64,000 bases of DNA, taken from assembly GCA_964387845.1 (NCBI GenBank), contig CAYLXA010000012.1:1-64000 (forward strand), in the 5' to 3' direction. A model generated the notes under the pieces. The model was not told the origin of the DNA. It was given only the letters and a program-made list of their open reading frames with translations, and did not search any database. Positions 17,379 to 32,902 of this stretch are shown in pieces. The stretch is from an uncultured bacterium (GTDB taxonomy: Bacteria; Omnitrophota; Omnitrophia; Omnitrophales; Abzuiibacteriaceae). Made by a program: the position numbers and the translations under genes. Positions within the stretch are counted from its first letter, which is position 1. Every line of letters starts with the position of its first letter.

Positions 17379-20300
17379 ATGCCACCATTAATTGAGCGCA
17401 AGTCGTTTGCAACGATTCAAGATGCAATGGATTTGCCGAATTTAGTTGAAATTCAAATTCGGTCATATCAGGAGTTTTTGCAGACAGAACGTGCAAAAAA
17501 GCGCCGCAAGCGTCAGGGTTTGGAAGCCGTATTCCAGGAAGCGTTTCCGATCGAAAGTTTCGATGGAACCTGCAAATTGGAATACTTAGGGTATGTTTTG
17601 GGAAAACCCAAATACTCGATTCCTGAATGCCGCAAGCGCAGCATGACTCATGCCGCTCCTTTAAAAATTCGGCTTCGCATTGTCCGCAAAGGGGAAGCGA
17701 AAGAACAGGAAGTGTATATTGGCGAGTTGCCTCTCATGACCGAAACGGGCACCTTCATTATTAATGGTGCCGAACGTGTTGTGGTCAGCCAATTACACCG
17801 TTCACCCGGCATTTCGCTTGAACAAACGCTCCACCCAAGCGGCAAAAAGATTTATAGCGTCCGCATTATTCCGTATCGCGGCGCCTGGATTGAATTCGAA
17901 GGCGACATTAATGACATTCTTTATGCGTACATTGACCGCCGCCGCAAAATTTTGGCGACGACCTTGCTTCGCTCAATCGGATTTTCGACCAGCGAAGACG
18001 TTATTAAAGCTCTTTACGCGACTGAGAAAGTGAAAGATTTTGACCGCGGTTCTTTCAAGAAATTAGAAAACACAGTTCTCGCAAAAAGTATTTTAGATCC
18101 AAAGTCAAAAGAAGTTTTAATTCCGGCCGGCACCAAGCTGACCAAGGAAGTTTTAACAACGCTTGCCAGCCATGATATTTCGGATCTTGAAATCATCCGC
18201 GGAAATCAAGATGATTTCGCGATCTGCAAAACGCTTGAGCGCGACCAATACAGCAGCAAAGAAGAAGCACAAATTGCGATTTACCGCAGGACCCGGCCCG
18301 GCGATCCGCCGACTCCGGAAAGCGCGCAGGATTTGATTAACAAATTGTTCTTTGATTCACAGCGTTATGATCTCGGCCAAGTCGGCCGGTTTATGATTAA
18401 CCGCAAACTTTCTCTGGATGTTCCAATTGAGAAAACCGTGCTGCGTCCCGAAGACGTTGCAAAAGCAGTTCAAGCACTCTTGAGACTCCGTAGCGGTGAA
18501 TTGAAAGTTGATGACATCGATCACTTGGGCAACCGCCGCGTCCGTTCAGTCGGCGAATTGCTTGAGAATCAATTCCGTGTCGGCCTTGCCCGCATGAAGC
18601 GTTCGGCGCTTGAGCGGATGTCAATTTACGATTTGGATGCCGCGATGCCGCACAACCTGATCAACCCGAAATTGATTTCGGCTGCGATCAAGGATTTCTT
18701 CGGCAGAAGCCAGTTGTCGCAATTTATGGATCAAACGAACCCGCTCGCCGAACTCACGCACAAACGTCGTCTTTCGGCTCTTGGGCCCGGCGGTTTGTCG
18801 CGCGAACGCGCAGGCTTCGAAGTCCGCGACGTTCATCCGTCTCACTACGGCCGTATTTGCCCGGTTGAGACACCGGAAGGCCCGAACATTGGTTTGATCG
18901 CGTCGCTCAGTACTTTTGCACGCGTTAACGATATCGGATTTTTGGAAAGCCCGTACCGCAAAATCGAAAAGGGCCGAGCGACCGAAAAGATCGATTTTCT
19001 ATCTGCCGATTTGGAAGATAAGTATGTGATTGCGCAAGCCAACGCCCGTTTGGATAAGAAGAGCAACTTTGTTGATGACTTGGTTGCGACACGATTCCGC
19101 GGAGATTTCCCGAAAAAAGATCCGCGCGAAATCGATTACATGGACGTTTCGCCGCGTCAGCTGGTGTCGGTAGCAGCTTCATTAATTCCGTTCTTGGAGC
19201 ATGACGACGCAAACCGCGCACTGATGGGTTCGAACATGCAGCGCCAAGCGGTTCCTTTGATGGAAACCGAAGCGCCGCTCGTCGGAACCGGTATGGAATA
19301 CCGTGTGGCGGTTGATTCCGGAGCGGTTGTCAGCGCAAAAGAGCGCGGAACCGTTAAGGCCGTTTCGTCAAACGAAGTCGTTGTCGATGACATTGTTTAT
19401 AAATTGAGAAAGTTTGAACGTTCCAACGCCGGCACTTGCATCAATCAGCGTCCGCTCGTGGAACTTGGACAAAAAATTAAGCGCGGCGATGCAATTGCAG
19501 ACGGTGCAGCCACTCAAAAGGGTGAGCTCGCGATGGGTCGTAACGTGCTCGCGGCATTTTTGCCTTGGCGCGGATACAACTTTGAAGACGCAATCGTGCT
19601 CAGTGAAAAACTCGTGAAGGAAGATACTTATACTTCGCTTCATATCGAAGAGTTTGAAATCGAAGCGCGTGATACGAAGCTCGGCAACGAAGAAATTACG
19701 CGCGATATTCCGAATGTCTCGGAAGAAGCGCTGAAAGATTTGGACGAAGAAGGTATTATCCGCATCGGCGCGGAAGTAAAACCGGGCGATATTTTGGTCG
19801 GAAAAATCACGCCGAAATCGGAAACTGAATTGTCGCCTGAAGAAAAACTTCTCCGTGCAATTTTTGGTGAAAAAGCAGGCGATGTCCGCGATGCGTCTCT
19901 CACGGTTCCTCCGGGAGTCGAAGGCGTGGTGGTGGATGTGAAAGTGTTTGCGCGTAAAGAATCGCGCGCCCGCACACGCGAAGAGCGCCGTCAGGAATTT
20001 AAAGAAATCGAAGATATTAAGGAACGTTATCAATCCCGGATCGATACGCTCAAACAGGAGCGTTTGAACAAAGTGTCCGGCATGATTATCGGCAAGCGCT
20101 TATCGGATGATTTGGTGGACGATGTGCTCGGCGAGGTATTGCTCAAGTCCGGTAAAGTGATTGACAAGAAAGACCTTAAAAAGTTTGAAGATTGTGATTG
20201 GGAATCCATCCGCATTGAAGATGAGCCGGAGCTCGAAGAGAGCATCCGCAAAATCGCGCGTGTGTGGAGCGATGAAATCGACGAGCTCGTTGAAGAACGT

Positions 20301-21185
20301 GCCCGCGAAATTGATCGTGTGAAAAAAGGCGACGAACTTCCGCCCGGCGTCATTAAGCGCGTGGTAGCGTATGTTTGTTCGAAGCGCAAAATTTCGGTCG
20401 GCGATAAAATGGCAGGCCGTCACGGGAACAAAGGCGTGATTGCGAAAATTCTGCCTGAAGAAGATATGCCGTTTTTACCGGATGGCACACCGGTTGAAAT
20501 CGTACTCAACCCGCTCGGCGTTCCTTCGCGTATGAACGTGGGCCAAATTCTGGAAACGCACTTGGGTTGGGCGGCAAAAGCGCTCGGAATTCATGTGATG
20601 ACACCGGTTTTCTCCGGCGCATCCGAATCCGATATCAAGGCGCTTTTAAGGGAAGCAAAACTTCCTGAGGACGGTAAAGTGATTTTAAGGGATGGCCGCT
20701 CAGGAAACCGTTTTGATGAAAAAGTAACCGTCGGCTACATCTATATGATGAAACTTGCGCACATGGCGGATGACAAGATCCATGCGCGTTCGATCGGGCC
20801 TTACTCGCTCGTCACACAGCAGCCGCTCGGAGGCAAAGCACAATTCGGCGGTCAGCGGTTCGGCGAAATGGAAGTATGGGCACTCGAAGCTTACGGCGCC
20901 GCGTTTACACTTCAAGAGCTTTTGACAGTAAAGAGCGACGACGTCGTTGGTAGAACCAAAGTTTATGAAGCGATCGTTAAGGGTGAGCCTGCGCTTCATG
21001 CAGGAACGCCGGAATCGTTTAACGTGCTCGTGAAGGAATTACAAAGCCTTGCTTTGGATATCCGTCCCGAAAAGAAACAATCGGCGATCCGCGCAAGCGA
21101 AAAGGCCGAGAAGCCGCTCAGCAGCGCACAGAAACGTTCTGAAGAACGTAAAGAAAAAGCCAAAGAAAAATTGGGAATAGCATAA
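17379..21185 (+). CDS. rpoB: DNA-directed RNA polymerase subunit beta
   Basis: Length is 1268 aa with conserved beta-subunit blocks. Confidence 0.97.
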   Translation: MPPLIERKSFATIQDAMDLPNLVEIQIRSYQEFLQTERAKKRRKRQGLEAVFQEAFPIESFDGTCKLEYLGYVLGKPKYSIPECRKRSMTHAAPLKIRLRIVRKGEAKEQEVYIGELPLMTETGTFIINGAERVVVSQLHRSPGISLEQTLHPSGKKIYSVRIIPYRGAWIEFEGDINDILYAYIDRRRKILATTLLRSIGFSTSEDVIKALYATEKVKDFDRGSFKKLENTVLAKSILDPKSKEVLIPAGTKLTKEVLTTLASHDISDLEIIRGNQDDFAICKTLERDQYSSKEEAQIAIYRRTRPGDPPTPESAQDLINKLFFDSQRYDLGQVGRFMINRKLSLDVPIEKTVLRPEDVAKAVQALLRLRSGELKVDDIDHLGNRRVRSVGELLENQFRVGLARMKRSALERMSIYDLDAAMPHNLINPKLISAAIKDFFGRSQLSQFMDQTNPLAELTHKRRLSALGPGGLSRERAGFEVRDVHPSHYGRICPVETPEGPNIGLIASLSTFARVNDIGFLESPYRKIEKGRATEKIDFLSADLEDKYVIAQANARLDKKSNFVDDLVATRFRGDFPKKDPREIDYMDVSPRQLVSVAASLIPFLEHDDANRALMGSNMQRQAVPLMETEAPLVGTGMEYRVAVDSGAVVSAKERGTVKAVSSNEVVVDDIVYKLRKFERSNAGTCINQRPLVELGQKIKRGDAIADGAATQKGELAMGRNVLAAFLPWRGYNFEDAIVLSEKLVKEDTYTSLHIEEFEIEARDTKLGNEEITRDIPNVSEEALKDLDEEGIIRIGAEVKPGDILVGKITPKSETELSPEEKLLRAIFGEKAGDVRDASLTVPPGVEGVVVDVKVFARKESRARTREERRQEFKEIEDIKERYQSRIDTLKQERLNKVSGMIIGKRLSDDLVDDVLGEVLLKSGKVIDKKDLKKFEDCDWESIRIEDEPELEESIRKIARVWSDEIDELVEERAREIDRVKKGDELPPGVIKRVVAYVCSKRKISVGDKMAGRHGNKGVIAKILPEEDMPFLPDGTPVEIVLNPLGVPSRMNVGQILETHLGWAAKALGIHVMTPVFSGASESDIKALLREAKLPEDGKVILRDGRSGNRFDEKVTVGYIYMMKLAHMADDKIHARSIGPYSLVTQQPLGGKAQFGGQRFGEMEVWALEAYGAAFTLQELLTVKSDDVVGRTKVYEAIVKGEPALHAGTPESFNVLVKELQSLALDIRPEKKQSAIRASEKAEKPLSSAQKRSEERKEKAKEKLGIA

Positions 21186-21194
21186 GGAACCCAC

Positions 21195-24100
21195 ATGACA
21201 GTCAATTACGAAGATGTAAATGTATTTGATTCTGTGACAATTAAAATTGCCGCACCGGAAGCAATCCGTTCATGGTCGCACGGCGAGGTGAAGAAGCCCG
21301 AAACGATCAATTACCGGACGTTGAAACCGGAGAAGGACGGCCTTTTTTGCGAAAAGATTTTCGGTCCGGTCCGTGACTATGAATGCAGCTGCGGAAAATA
21401 TAAGCGCATCAAGCACAAAGGCGTGATTTGTGACCGCTGCGGCGTTGAAGTGACGCAGGCCAAGGTCCGCCGCGAGCGCATGGGCCATATTGAACTTGTG
21501 ACCCCGGTATCGCATATTTGGTTTTTCAAAACCATGCCTTCCCGAATCGGAAATCTCCTTGATTTAAGTGCCCGCGCCCTCGAAAAAGTCCTTTATTACG
21601 AAGATTACATCGTTGTTGATCCCAAAGAAACACCTCTTAAACCCAGACAGTTGCTTTCAGAAGAAGAATATGCCAAAGCCGTCGAACAATACGGCTCTAC
21701 CGCTTTTGTCGCCAAGATGGGCGCTGAAGCGATTAAAGAATTGCTCGCGCAGCTTGAGCTTGATAAGCTCGGCCAAAAATATTCACGCCAGGTAAATTCA
21801 TCAAAGTCCAAACAAGCACGTGCCCGCGGCGTTAAGATTTTGAAAATCGTCGAAGCGTTCCGCAAATCAGGCAACAAACCGGAGTGGATGATTTTGGACG
21901 TGGTTCCCGTGATTCCGCCGGATCTCCGCCCGCTCGTTGCTTTAGACGGCGGCCGTTTCGCGACTTCTGATTTGAATGACTTGTATCGCCGCGTGATCAA
22001 CCGCAACAATCGTTTGAAAAAATTGATCGAACTCAAAGCGCCGGACATTATTATTCGTAACGAAAAGCGCATGCTCCAGGAAGCTGTGGATGCATTGTTC
22101 GATAACGGCCGTCATGGACGACCGGTGTTGGATGCGTCAAACCGTCCGCTCAAGTCTCTCAGCGATATGTTAAAGGGCAAACAAGGCCGTTTCCGTCAGA
22201 ATTTGCTCGGAAAACGCGTTGATTATTCGGGCCGTTCGGTTATCGTGATTGGTCCGGAACTCAAGCTCCATCAATGCGGGCTTCCGAAGAAAATGGCGCT
22301 CGAACTTTTTGAGCCGTTTATTATCCGCAAATTGAAAGAGCGCGGCCACGTTCATACAATTAAGTCCGCAAAGCGCATGGTCGAAGGAGTTCGTCCGGAA
22401 GTTTGGGACATTTTAGAAGAAGTCATCCGCGAGCATCCCGTGATGCTGAACCGCGCACCCACACTTCACAGATTAGGTATTCAGGCATTTGAACCTGTAT
22501 TAATAGAAGGTAAGGCAATCCGCATTCATCCGCTCGTCTGCACGGCTTTTAACGCAGACTTTGACGGCGATCAAATGGCCGTTCACGTTCCGCTTTCTAT
22601 GGAAGCGCAGATGGAAGCCCGTATTTTGATGCTGGCCGCCAACAACGTGTTTTCACCGGCAAGCGGACAGCCGATCACGACTCCGTCACAGGATATCGTG
22701 CTGGGCAGCTACTATTTAACGAAGTCGAAAGACGGCTGCAAAGGCGAAGGCCGTACATTTGCCGACCGCGCGGAAGCGATCACGGCTTATCAGGATGAAG
22801 AAGTTGAAAAACACACTAAGTGCAAACTTCGTCTTGAAGATGGCAAGATCATCGAAACAACCGTCGGACGCATTCTATTTAATGAGGTTTTGCCGGCCGG
22901 TTTTGAATTTGTAAATGACAACCTGAACAAAGGCAAGCTTTCGAAAATCATCGCGAAATGCTACCGCAAGTTCGGCCATGCCGAAACGATCAAATTATTG
23001 GATCGTTTGAAACAGCTCGGATTTGAAGAAGCTACGAGAGCCGGCATTTCGATCGGTATCGATGATATCCGCATTCCAAAAATCAAAATCAAAATTTTAG
23101 AAGATGCCAAGAAACAGGTGGAATCGATCGAATCGCAATATCGCAACGGTTTGATTACCGAAGGCGAGCGGTACAACAAAGTGATCGATATTTGGACGCA
23201 TACCACAGACGAAGTCGCAGACCGCATGTTCGAAGAACTTGAATCCTTCAACCCGATTTTCATGATGGCCGATTCCGGCGCTCGCGGTTCGAAGCTTCAA
23301 ATTCGTCAGCTCGCCGGTATGCGCGGTTTGATGGCGAAACCTTCCGGTGAAATTATCGAAAGCCCGATTGCGGCAAACTTCCGCGAAGGTTTGACGGTTT
23401 TGGAATACTTTATTTCTACCCACGGAGCTCGTAAAGGTTTGGCTGATACGGCTCTTAAAACCGCCGATTCCGGATATTTGACACGCCGTTTGGTGGACGT
23501 GGCGCAGGATGTCATTATTTCAGAAGACGATTGCGGTACTTTGGCCGGTATTTTTATTGAGCCGGTGTATTCCGGTGAAGAAGTGGTGGTTCCGCTTAAA
23601 GACAGAATCTTGGGACGTGTGGCACTCGACAATATTATGGACATTGTCACCGATCAACAGGTCGTGAAAGCCGGAGAAGAAATTACGGAAGCTATCGCAG
23701 ACCGTATCGAGGAACTTGGGATCGAGAAAATCCGTATTCGTTCCGTGTTGACCTGTGAAGCGAAGCGCGGCGTTTGCATTCGATGCTATGGCCGTGATCT
23801 TGGTACGAATCAATTGGTTGAGCTTGGAACCGCGGCCGGTATTATCGCTGCGCAGTCCATCGGCGAGCCCGGAACGCAGCTCACGATGAGAACGTTCCAT
23901 ATCGGTGGTACGGCATCCCGTGTTGTTGAACAGTCTTACTATAAGACGAAAAACGGCGGAACAATCAAATACCACAACTTGAAAACCGTCGTGACGAAGA
24001 ACAACGAAATTATCGTTCTTAATCGAAACGGCCAAGTCACAATGCATGACAAGACAGGCCGTGAACTTGAAGATTACACAATTCCATCCGGTGCCATTCT

Positions 24101-25247
24101 TGCTTATAAGGACGGCGAAACTGTTCCGAAGGAAGAAATTTTCGTGAAATGGGATCCGTATACGGTTCCGATTTTGACGGAAGTCACCGGAAAAGTCCGG
24201 TTCGAAGATTTAAAAGCTGGTATTACGATGAATGAAGAAATGGATGCAACAACCGGTCTGATCGAGCGTGTGATTATCGAACACAAAGAAGAATTTCATC
24301 CGCAAATCGTGATTGTCGGCAATAACGACGAAATTTTGGCGTTCTATCCGATTCCGACGGGCGCCCATATCGTCGTGAAAGATGCTCAACAGGTGACGAG
24401 CGGTACCTTGATTGCAAAGACACCGCGTAAAGTTGCGAAAACCCGCGACATTACGGGCGGTCTTCCGCGTGTGGCCGAGCTTTTTGAAGCGCGTAAGCCA
24501 AAGAATCCGGCCATTATTTCCGAAATCGACGGCATTGTCGAATTTGGTGACGTGGTGAAAGGCCAGCGGAAAATTATTGTGAAGAGTTCTTCCGGAATGA
24601 CGAAAGAATATCTCATTCCGCACGGAAAACATTTGAACGTCTATAAAGGTGACCGCGTTGTCGCAGGCGAACAGCTTGTTGACGGACCCGTCGTTCCTCA
24701 AGACATTCTGCGCGTGAGCGGCGAACGCGCGCTTCAGGAGTATCTCGTTCAGGAAGTGCAGGAAGTTTACCGTCTACAAGGCGTGAAAATCAATGATAAG
24801 CACGTCGAGGTGATTGTCCGCCAAATGCTCCGCAAAGTCCGGATCGAAGATTCGGGTGACAGCGAATTTTTAGTGGGCTCACAAGTCGATCGTTTGAGAT
24901 TCCAGGAAGAAAATGAAAAATTGGTGAAAAAGGGCAAACAGCCGGCCAAAGCAGTTCCGATCTTGCTTGGCATCACCAAAGCATCGCTTAGCACCGAAAG
25001 TTTTATTTCGGCCGCAAGCTTCCAGGAAACCACCCGCGTTCTCACGGATGCGGCGGCAAGCGGCAAGCGCGATAGCCTCTTAGGCCTTAAGGAAAATGTG
25101 ATCATGGGTCACTTAATTCCCGCCGGAACCGGCTACGAAGCGCACAGGGGTATAGAATTGATCCGCGAGCGGATTGCGAAAGCCGAAGCGACTAACGTTG
25201 CGGTAGAGAATGCACCTAAAAAAGAAGACGAAGACGAGGAAGAATAA
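21195..25247 (+). CDS. rpoC: DNA-directed RNA polymerase subunit beta'
   Basis: Length is 1350 aa. NADFDGD and a Zn-binding CxxC are present. Confidence 0.97.
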   Translation: MTVNYEDVNVFDSVTIKIAAPEAIRSWSHGEVKKPETINYRTLKPEKDGLFCEKIFGPVRDYECSCGKYKRIKHKGVICDRCGVEVTQAKVRRERMGHIELVTPVSHIWFFKTMPSRIGNLLDLSARALEKVLYYEDYIVVDPKETPLKPRQLLSEEEYAKAVEQYGSTAFVAKMGAEAIKELLAQLELDKLGQKYSRQVNSSKSKQARARGVKILKIVEAFRKSGNKPEWMILDVVPVIPPDLRPLVALDGGRFATSDLNDLYRRVINRNNRLKKLIELKAPDIIIRNEKRMLQEAVDALFDNGRHGRPVLDASNRPLKSLSDMLKGKQGRFRQNLLGKRVDYSGRSVIVIGPELKLHQCGLPKKMALELFEPFIIRKLKERGHVHTIKSAKRMVEGVRPEVWDILEEVIREHPVMLNRAPTLHRLGIQAFEPVLIEGKAIRIHPLVCTAFNADFDGDQMAVHVPLSMEAQMEARILMLAANNVFSPASGQPITTPSQDIVLGSYYLTKSKDGCKGEGRTFADRAEAITAYQDEEVEKHTKCKLRLEDGKIIETTVGRILFNEVLPAGFEFVNDNLNKGKLSKIIAKCYRKFGHAETIKLLDRLKQLGFEEATRAGISIGIDDIRIPKIKIKILEDAKKQVESIESQYRNGLITEGERYNKVIDIWTHTTDEVADRMFEELESFNPIFMMADSGARGSKLQIRQLAGMRGLMAKPSGEIIESPIAANFREGLTVLEYFISTHGARKGLADTALKTADSGYLTRRLVDVAQDVIISEDDCGTLAGIFIEPVYSGEEVVVPLKDRILGRVALDNIMDIVTDQQVVKAGEEITEAIADRIEELGIEKIRIRSVLTCEAKRGVCIRCYGRDLGTNQLVELGTAAGIIAAQSIGEPGTQLTMRTFHIGGTASRVVEQSYYKTKNGGTIKYHNLKTVVTKNNEIIVLNRNGQVTMHDKTGRELEDYTIPSGAILAYKDGETVPKEEIFVKWDPYTVPILTEVTGKVRFEDLKAGITMNEEMDATTGLIERVIIEHKEEFHPQIVIVGNNDEILAFYPIPTGAHIVVKDAQQVTSGTLIAKTPRKVAKTRDITGGLPRVAELFEARKPKNPAIISEIDGIVEFGDVVKGQRKIIVKSSSGMTKEYLIPHGKHLNVYKGDRVVAGEQLVDGPVVPQDILRVSGERALQEYLVQEVQEVYRLQGVKINDKHVEVIVRQMLRKVRIEDSGDSEFLVGSQVDRLRFQEENEKLVKKGKQPAKAVPILLGITKASLSTESFISAASFQETTRVLTDAAASGKRDSLLGLKENVIMGHLIPAGTGYEAHRGIELIRERIAKAEATNVAVENAPKKEDEDEEE

Positions 25248-25268
25248 CCTATTTAATTTGGAATTAAT

Positions 25269-25658
25269 ATGCCGACAATCAATCAGCTAATTAGACACGG
25301 AAGAAAGGCTTTTAAAAATCGTACCAAGTCACCGGCGCTTTCGAGCAATTGCTTTAAAAAGGGCGTCTGCTTGGTTGTGCGTACGCAGACACCGAAGAAA
25401 CCGAATTCAGCGCTTCGCAAAATTGCGCGTATTCGTTTAACAAACGGCGAAGAGGTTACGGCTTATATTCCCGGTGTCGGCCATAATTTGCAAGAGCACT
25501 CAATCGTGCTCGTGCGCGGCGGCAGGGTAAAAGACCTTCCGGGCGTTCGTTATCATATCGTTCGCGGTAAATTGGATGCCAGCGGCGTTGCGGACCGGAA
25601 TCGTTCACGCTCAAAATACGGCGCGAAAGTTCAAAAACAAGCAGCAGCAAAAAAATAA
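25269..25658 (+). CDS. rpsL: 30S ribosomal protein S12
   Basis: PTINQLIR...PNSALRK. Confidence 0.97.
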   Translation: MPTINQLIRHGRKAFKNRTKSPALSSNCFKKGVCLVVRTQTPKKPNSALRKIARIRLTNGEEVTAYIPGVGHNLQEHSIVLVRGGRVKDLPGVRYHIVRGKLDASGVADRNRSRSKYGAKVQKQAAAKK

Positions 25659-25673
25659 GATTGGATTAAATCA

Positions 25674-26141
25674 ATGAGACGAAGACGAGCAGCAAAACGG
25701 AAAATTTTACCGGATCCAAAATATAAAAATTTGGTAGTCGCTAAAATGATCAACATCATCATGGAGCGCGGTAAAAAATCAATTGCAGAAGGAATTGTTT
25801 ACGGCGCATTTGACGTCGTGAAGAAAAAATTGGACAAAGATCCTTTGGAAGTTTTTAAGCAGGCTGTTGAAAATGTGCGGCCGCTTTTGGAAACCAAATC
25901 ACGCCGTGTCGGCGGTGCAACGTATCAGGTGCCTGTCAGCGTAAAACCGGATCGCGGCGCCGGGTTAGCTTTAAGATGGATGAAAACATTTGCGTATGAT
26001 CGCAAAGGCAAGCCGATGGAAGAAAAGTTGGCGGAAGAATTTATGAACGCGTTTCAAAAAACCGGTGCGGCCATTAAAAAGCGCGAAGATGTTCACAAGA
26101 TGGCCGAATCAAACCGCGCATTCGCACATTATAAGTGGTAA
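25674..26141 (+). CDS. rpsG: 30S ribosomal protein S7
   Basis: Conserved S7 sequence. Confidence 0.95.
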   Translation: MRRRRAAKRKILPDPKYKNLVVAKMINIIMERGKKSIAEGIVYGAFDVVKKKLDKDPLEVFKQAVENVRPLLETKSRRVGGATYQVPVSVKPDRGAGLALRWMKTFAYDRKGKPMEEKLAEEFMNAFQKTGAAIKKREDVHKMAESNRAFAHYKW

Positions 26142-26153
26142 GGATTTTATAAA

Positions 26154-28238
<2,085 letters not shown>

Positions 28239-28345
28239 GAAAGTTTTCATAAATTATTATTTATCATATAAAATAAGCAACTTAACGTAACACAACTGAC
28301 TAAGTATTTAAGTTATAAAATTAAATTCAGGGTAAGGAGATAACA

Positions 28346-29545
28346 ATGGCAAAAGAAAAATTTGATCGTACAAAACCGCACGTCAATATCGGAACGATTG
28401 GTCACGTTGACCATGGTAAAACCACTTTGACGGCCGCGATCACGCGCGTACTTGCAGAGCAGGGAAAAGCTGAGTTCAAAGAATATGCGGATATCGCAAA
28501 AGGCGGTACGGTTCGTGACGAAACAAAAATCGTGACGATTGCCGTTGCGCACGTTGAATATTCCAGCGATAAACGTCACTATGCCCACGTGGACTGCCCT
28601 GGACACGCGGATTACATTAAAAACATGATCACAGGCGCAGCCCAGATGGACGGCGCGATTCTCGTGGTATCAGCCGTTGACGGCCCGATGCCCCAGACGC
28701 GCGAACACATTCTGTTGGCCCGCCAGGTCGGCGTGCCGGCGATTGTGGTTTTCTTGAACAAAGTTGACTTGGTCGATGATCCAGAGCTGTTAGATCTCGT
28801 CGAACTCGAAATTCGTGATCTCTTGAAGAAATACGAATTTCCCGGCGACGAAATTCCGATCATTCGCGGTTCCGGCCTGAAGGCGCTCCAAGCACCGAAG
28901 GATCCGAAAGCAATCGAACCCATCATGAAATTGATGGAAGCTGTTGATAGCTATGTTCCGACACCAAAGCGTGATGTCGAGAAACCCTTCTTGATGCCGA
29001 TTGAAGACGTTTTCTCAATTTCAGGCCGTGGTACGGTCGGTACAGGCCGTGTCGAACGCGGACAAGTAAAAATTAACGAAGAAGTCGAAATCGTAGGCCT
29101 CCGTGAAAAGGCGATGAAGACAACCGTCACCGGAATCGAAATGTTCCGCAAGCTTCTTGATGACGCTCAGGCAGGTGATAACGTTGGTCTCCTTCTCCGG
29201 GGCGTTGAAAAGAAAGATCTCGAGCGCGGAATGGTGATTGCGAAAACCGGCAGCGTGACGCCACATACCAAATTCAAAGCTCAGATTTATATCTTGAGCA
29301 AAGAAGAAGGCGGACGTCATACACCGTTTTTCACCGGCTATCGTCCTCAGTTCTATTTCAGAACAACGGACGTGACAGGTGTTGTAACGCTCCCGAAGGG
29401 CACCGAAATGGTAATGCCCGGCGATAACGTAACGGTTGAAGGCCAGTTGATTACTCCGATCGCAATGGAAAAGGAACTTCGATTCGCGATTCGTGAAGGC
29501 GGCCATACCGTCGGCGCTGGCGTTGTCAGCGAAATTTTAGCGTAA
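28346..29545 (+). CDS. tuf: Elongation factor Tu
   Basis: GHVDHGKTT and DCPGHADY are present. Length is 399 aa. Confidence 0.97.
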   Translation: MAKEKFDRTKPHVNIGTIGHVDHGKTTLTAAITRVLAEQGKAEFKEYADIAKGGTVRDETKIVTIAVAHVEYSSDKRHYAHVDCPGHADYIKNMITGAAQMDGAILVVSAVDGPMPQTREHILLARQVGVPAIVVFLNKVDLVDDPELLDLVELEIRDLLKKYEFPGDEIPIIRGSGLKALQAPKDPKAIEPIMKLMEAVDSYVPTPKRDVEKPFLMPIEDVFSISGRGTVGTGRVERGQVKINEEVEIVGLREKAMKTTVTGIEMFRKLLDDAQAGDNVGLLLRGVEKKDLERGMVIAKTGSVTPHTKFKAQIYILSKEEGGRHTPFFTGYRPQFYFRTTDVTGVVTLPKGTEMVMPGDNVTVEGQLITPIAMEKELRFAIREGGHTVGAGVVSEILA

Positions 29546-29567
29546 GTGAAAGAGTAACGTTGGCTCT

Positions 29568-29879
29568 ATGACGACTAAAGAGAAAATTCGAATCAAACTG
29601 AAAGCGTACGATCACCGCTTGCTGGATCAATCGGTGTTGGAAATTGTCAACACCGTGAAACGCACCGGCGCGCGGGTGATCGGCCCGATTCCTCTGCCGA
29701 CTGATATGTGGCGGACCACAGTTTTGCGCGGCCCGCACATTGATAAAAAGTCGCGCGAGCAGTTCGAGATGCGTACGCACAAACGTTTGATGGATATCGT
29801 AGAGCCGACGGCTCGAACAGTTGATGCTTTGATGAAGTTGGATTTACCCGCAGGTGTTGATGTGGAGGTAAAGCTGTAA
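29568..29879 (+). CDS. rpsJ: 30S ribosomal protein S10
   Basis: [14 protein letters not shown]. Confidence 0.95.
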   Translation: MTTKEKIRIKLKAYDHRLLDQSVLEIVNTVKRTGARVIGPIPLPTDMWRTTVLRGPHIDKKSREQFEMRTHKRLMDIVEPTARTVDALMKLDLPAGVDVEVKL

Positions 29880-30016
29880 CCTACTTCGGTCTTCCATCCT
29901 GGTTTTGCTCTCGCATTCACCGCAAGTGGTAGGGAGGATAAACAAGGTAAGAAGCTTCAGCGATGTGGAAGTTTTGTCTCTAGACGGATTAAATGATTGA
30001 TTGAAAAGAGAAAACA

Positions 30017-30793
30017 ATGATCGGTTTACTTGGAAAAAAATTAGGCATGACTCAAATTTTTGACGGCGAAGGCCGCCAAAAAGCTGTCACGGTTTTGGAA
30101 GTCGGCCCGTGCACTGTTCTTCAATTAAAGAAGAAGGAGACGGACGGCTATCAGGCAGTGCAGTTGGGTTTTGATGATAAAAAAGAGAAACAAACCGTCA
30201 AAGCCGAACAAGGTCATGCTAAAAAAGCCAGCACGGCGGTAAAGCGCTTTGTCCGTGAAATCCGGACGGATTCGCTTGAAGGTTTGCAGCAGGGCACCGT
30301 ATTAAAGGTGAATAATTTCGCAATCGGCGATCTTGTTGATATTACTGGAACCTCTATCGGTAAAGGTTTTCAGGGTGTTGTAAAGCGGCATGGTTTTAAA
30401 GGTTCTCATTCAATGTCGCACGGCCAGATGATGGGCCGTCAGCCGGGCTCTATCGGCTCCAACACTGATCCGGGCCGTGTGCTGAAGGGCTTGAAAATGG
30501 CCGGTCATATGGGCAACGAACAAATTACGACGCAAAATATTCGCGTATTGAAAATTGATCTCGAAAATAATTTGATGGCTGTTAACGGTTCAGTCCCCGG
30601 CCATGAAAATTCTTATGTCATTATTCGTGAAGCGATTAAAAAGCGCAGGGCGCGTACGTGGAAAATGCCGGATGCGCCGGTTGAAGAATTGAAGATTGAA
30701 AACAAGCAGGCGCCTTCTAAGAAAGCGAAGGCCGCGGCCGCAAAAGCCGCAGCAGCCAAAAAACCGGCTGCAGCACCTGCAAAAGGAAAATAA
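30017..30793 (+). CDS. rplC: 50S ribosomal protein L3 with C-terminal Ala/Lys-rich tail
   Basis: Conserved core. The tail is KKAKAAAAKAAAAKKPAAAPAKGK. Confidence 0.93.
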   Translation: MIGLLGKKLGMTQIFDGEGRQKAVTVLEVGPCTVLQLKKKETDGYQAVQLGFDDKKEKQTVKAEQGHAKKASTAVKRFVREIRTDSLEGLQQGTVLKVNNFAIGDLVDITGTSIGKGFQGVVKRHGFKGSHSMSHGQMMGRQPGSIGSNTDPGRVLKGLKMAGHMGNEQITTQNIRVLKIDLENNLMAVNGSVPGHENSYVIIREAIKKRRARTWKMPDAPVEELKIENKQAPSKKAKAAAAKAAAAKKPAAAPAKGK

Positions 30794-30796
30794 GTC

Positions 30797-31465
30797 ATGA
30801 GCAAGATTTCGGTTTTAAAATTAGATGGCAAGCAAGGCGGAGAAGTAGAGCTTAATCCGCTCGTGTTTGATGCCCGGGTCAACGAGCGCTTGTTGCAGCT
30901 TGTTTTGACGGCCTATGCCGGCAATCAGCGCCGTGGAACGCACGATACAAAAGAGAGAAAAGAAGTATCAGGCGGCGGCAAAAAGCCGTGGCGCCAAAAA
31001 GGCACCGGCCGCGCGCGCCAAGGTTCCATTCGCGCTCCTCAATGGAGAGGCGGCGGAACGGTATTTGGCCCGACACCGCGTGATTACGATACGCATTTGC
31101 CTAAAAAAATTCGCCAAAAAGCATTGATTTCAGCTTTGAGCCTTAAGAATAAGCAGGCTGAAATTACGGTGATCGAAGATATTCAATTGTCAGAACCTAA
31201 AACCAAGCATTTGGTCAAGATGTTGGATGTGCTGAAGCTCAACAAAGCGCGGAATTTGTGCGTGGTTTCATCGGTCGATGAAAAATTAAAGCGGGCGGCC
31301 CAAAATTTGAAAGAAATTTTTTCGGTAAAACGCGCAGACGACTTGAACGCCTATCATTTGCTTCGCAGAAAGCATTTGGTCATTGCCAAGTCGGCGCTTC
31401 CGGTGATTGAAAAGCGCGCACTCGAAATCATTAGCAATAAGCGAAAAGAATTGGTGAGCGCATGA
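30797..31465 (+). CDS. rplD: 50S ribosomal protein L4
   Basis: Conserved sequence and position. Confidence 0.93.
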   Translation: MSKISVLKLDGKQGGEVELNPLVFDARVNERLLQLVLTAYAGNQRRGTHDTKERKEVSGGGKKPWRQKGTGRARQGSIRAPQWRGGGTVFGPTPRDYDTHLPKKIRQKALISALSLKNKQAEITVIEDIQLSEPKTKHLVKMLDVLKLNKARNLCVVSSVDEKLKRAAQNLKEIFSVKRADDLNAYHLLRRKHLVIAKSALPVIEKRALEIISNKRKELVSA

Positions 31466-31743
31466 GCATTCATTTATACGACGTGATCGAGTCGCCGGTT
31501 ATCACGGAAAAGGGTAGTAAACAGTGGGAGCAGGGAAAATATTATTTCCGCGTCCGCAAAAACGCCACGAAACAGGATATTAAAAAAGCGGTTGAAGAAA
31601 TTTTCCGCGTCAACGTATTGCGCGTCAATACGGTTTCCATGAAGGGAAAATGGAAACGTTTGCGCTTCCAGCCCGGCAAAACCAGCGACTGGAAAAAAGC
31701 GATTGTGACGATTAAAGCGGGGCAAAAAATCGAATTCGCCTAA
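31462..31743 (+). CDS. rplW: 50S ribosomal protein L23
   Basis: Conserved sequence and position. Confidence 0.93.
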   Translation: MSIHLYDVIESPVITEKGSKQWEQGKYYFRVRKNATKQDIKKAVEEIFRVNVLRVNTVSMKGKWKRLRFQPGKTSDWKKAIVTIKAGQKIEFA

Positions 31744-31769
31744 AAGGCGGATGGAGAGGAAGTTGATTT

Positions 31770-32597
31770 ATGGCACTGGTTAAATTTAAACCAACAACAC
31801 CGGGAAGACGGTTCGGAACGACGGAGGATTTCTCCGATATTACCGCAAATCGTCCTCAAAAGTCGCTGACGGTTCCCAAACGGAAGACCGGCGGACGCAA
31901 TCTCTACGGCCATATCACCGCTTACCACATCGGCGGCGGCCATAAGCAACGGATTCGTTTGATTGATTTTAAGCGCTTGAAACACGGCGTTGCGGCGACA
32001 GTTGAAACCATCGAATACGATCCGATGCGCACGACCCGAATTGCGCTGATCAAGTATCAGGACGGCGAGAAAGCGTACATTTTAGCACCGGACGGACTAA
32101 AAGTCGGTTCAAAAGTGATGAGCGGCGAGCAGGCTGAAGTAAAAGTGGGCAATCACATGCCGCTTCAATCCATCCCGGAAGGCACGCCAATTCACAATAT
32201 TGAATTGGAGCCGGGCCGCGGCGGAAAGTTGGTTCGTTCAGCCGGTGGCGTAGCGCAAATTCTTGCAAAAGAAGGCGATTATGCGCACGTGAAATTGCCG
32301 TCGAGCGAAGTGCGGATGATCAAAATCAATTCTTATGCCACAGTTGGCCAGTGTTCGAACACGAACCACATCAACGTTTCGCTCGGCAAAGCCGGCCGTA
32401 AGCGTTGGATGGGCGTCCGTTCAATCGTTAGAGGCGTTGCCCGAAACCCGGTCGACCATCCGATGGGCGGCGGTGAAGGAAAAGCGCATGGCGGCCGTCA
32501 ACCTTGCAGCGCGTGGGGCCAGTTAAGCAAAGGTTTGAAAACACGGAATCCGCATAAAGTGACAAATAAATTTATCGTGAGACGAAAAGGAAAATAA
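31770..32597 (+). CDS. rplB: 50S ribosomal protein L2
   Basis: GRNxxGxITxxHxGGGHK. Confidence 0.96.
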   Translation: MALVKFKPTTPGRRFGTTEDFSDITANRPQKSLTVPKRKTGGRNLYGHITAYHIGGGHKQRIRLIDFKRLKHGVAATVETIEYDPMRTTRIALIKYQDGEKAYILAPDGLKVGSKVMSGEQAEVKVGNHMPLQSIPEGTPIHNIELEPGRGGKLVRSAGGVAQILAKEGDYAHVKLPSSEVRMIKINSYATVGQCSNTNHINVSLGKAGRKRWMGVRSIVRGVARNPVDHPMGGGEGKAHGGRQPCSAWGQLSKGLKTRNPHKVTNKFIVRRKGK

Positions 32598-32599
32598 GC

Positions 32600-32899
32600 A
32601 TGGGCCGTTCAAGAGCAAAAGGCGCGTTTGTTGACGAAAAGTTACTAATGAAAGTGCAAGTTGCACAAAAGGTCAAGGACCGCCGGCCGATCAAGACTTG
32701 GTCAAGGCGCTCGACTATTACGCCCGAATTTGTGGGCCTGACTTTTGCGGTTCATAACGGAAAATCATTTCAGAACGTATTTGCAACTGAAAATATGGTT
32801 GGCCACAAGCTTGGCGAATTTGCGCCGACCCGAATTTTCAAGAAACACAGCACATCGCAGGATAAAGCCAAAGCCGTTGCGGCCGGTGCAAAAACATAA
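32600..32899 (+). CDS. rpsS: 30S ribosomal protein S19
   Basis: Conserved core with a short C-terminal extension. Confidence 0.93.
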   Translation: MGRSRAKGAFVDEKLLMKVQVAQKVKDRRPIKTWSRRSTITPEFVGLTFAVHNGKSFQNVFATENMVGHKLGEFAPTRIFKKHSTSQDKAKAVAAGAKT

Positions 32900-32902
32900 C
32901 GA

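Noticed and set aside
17648-25105. Numerous 60–220-aa ORFs antisense to, or out of frame within, rpoB/rpoC (for example 19368..20033 -, 21605..22072 -, 23520..24047 -, 24210..24701 -)
   Set aside because: They lie entirely inside long, well-supported RNAP genes and have low-complexity translations. They are typical spurious shadow ORFs.
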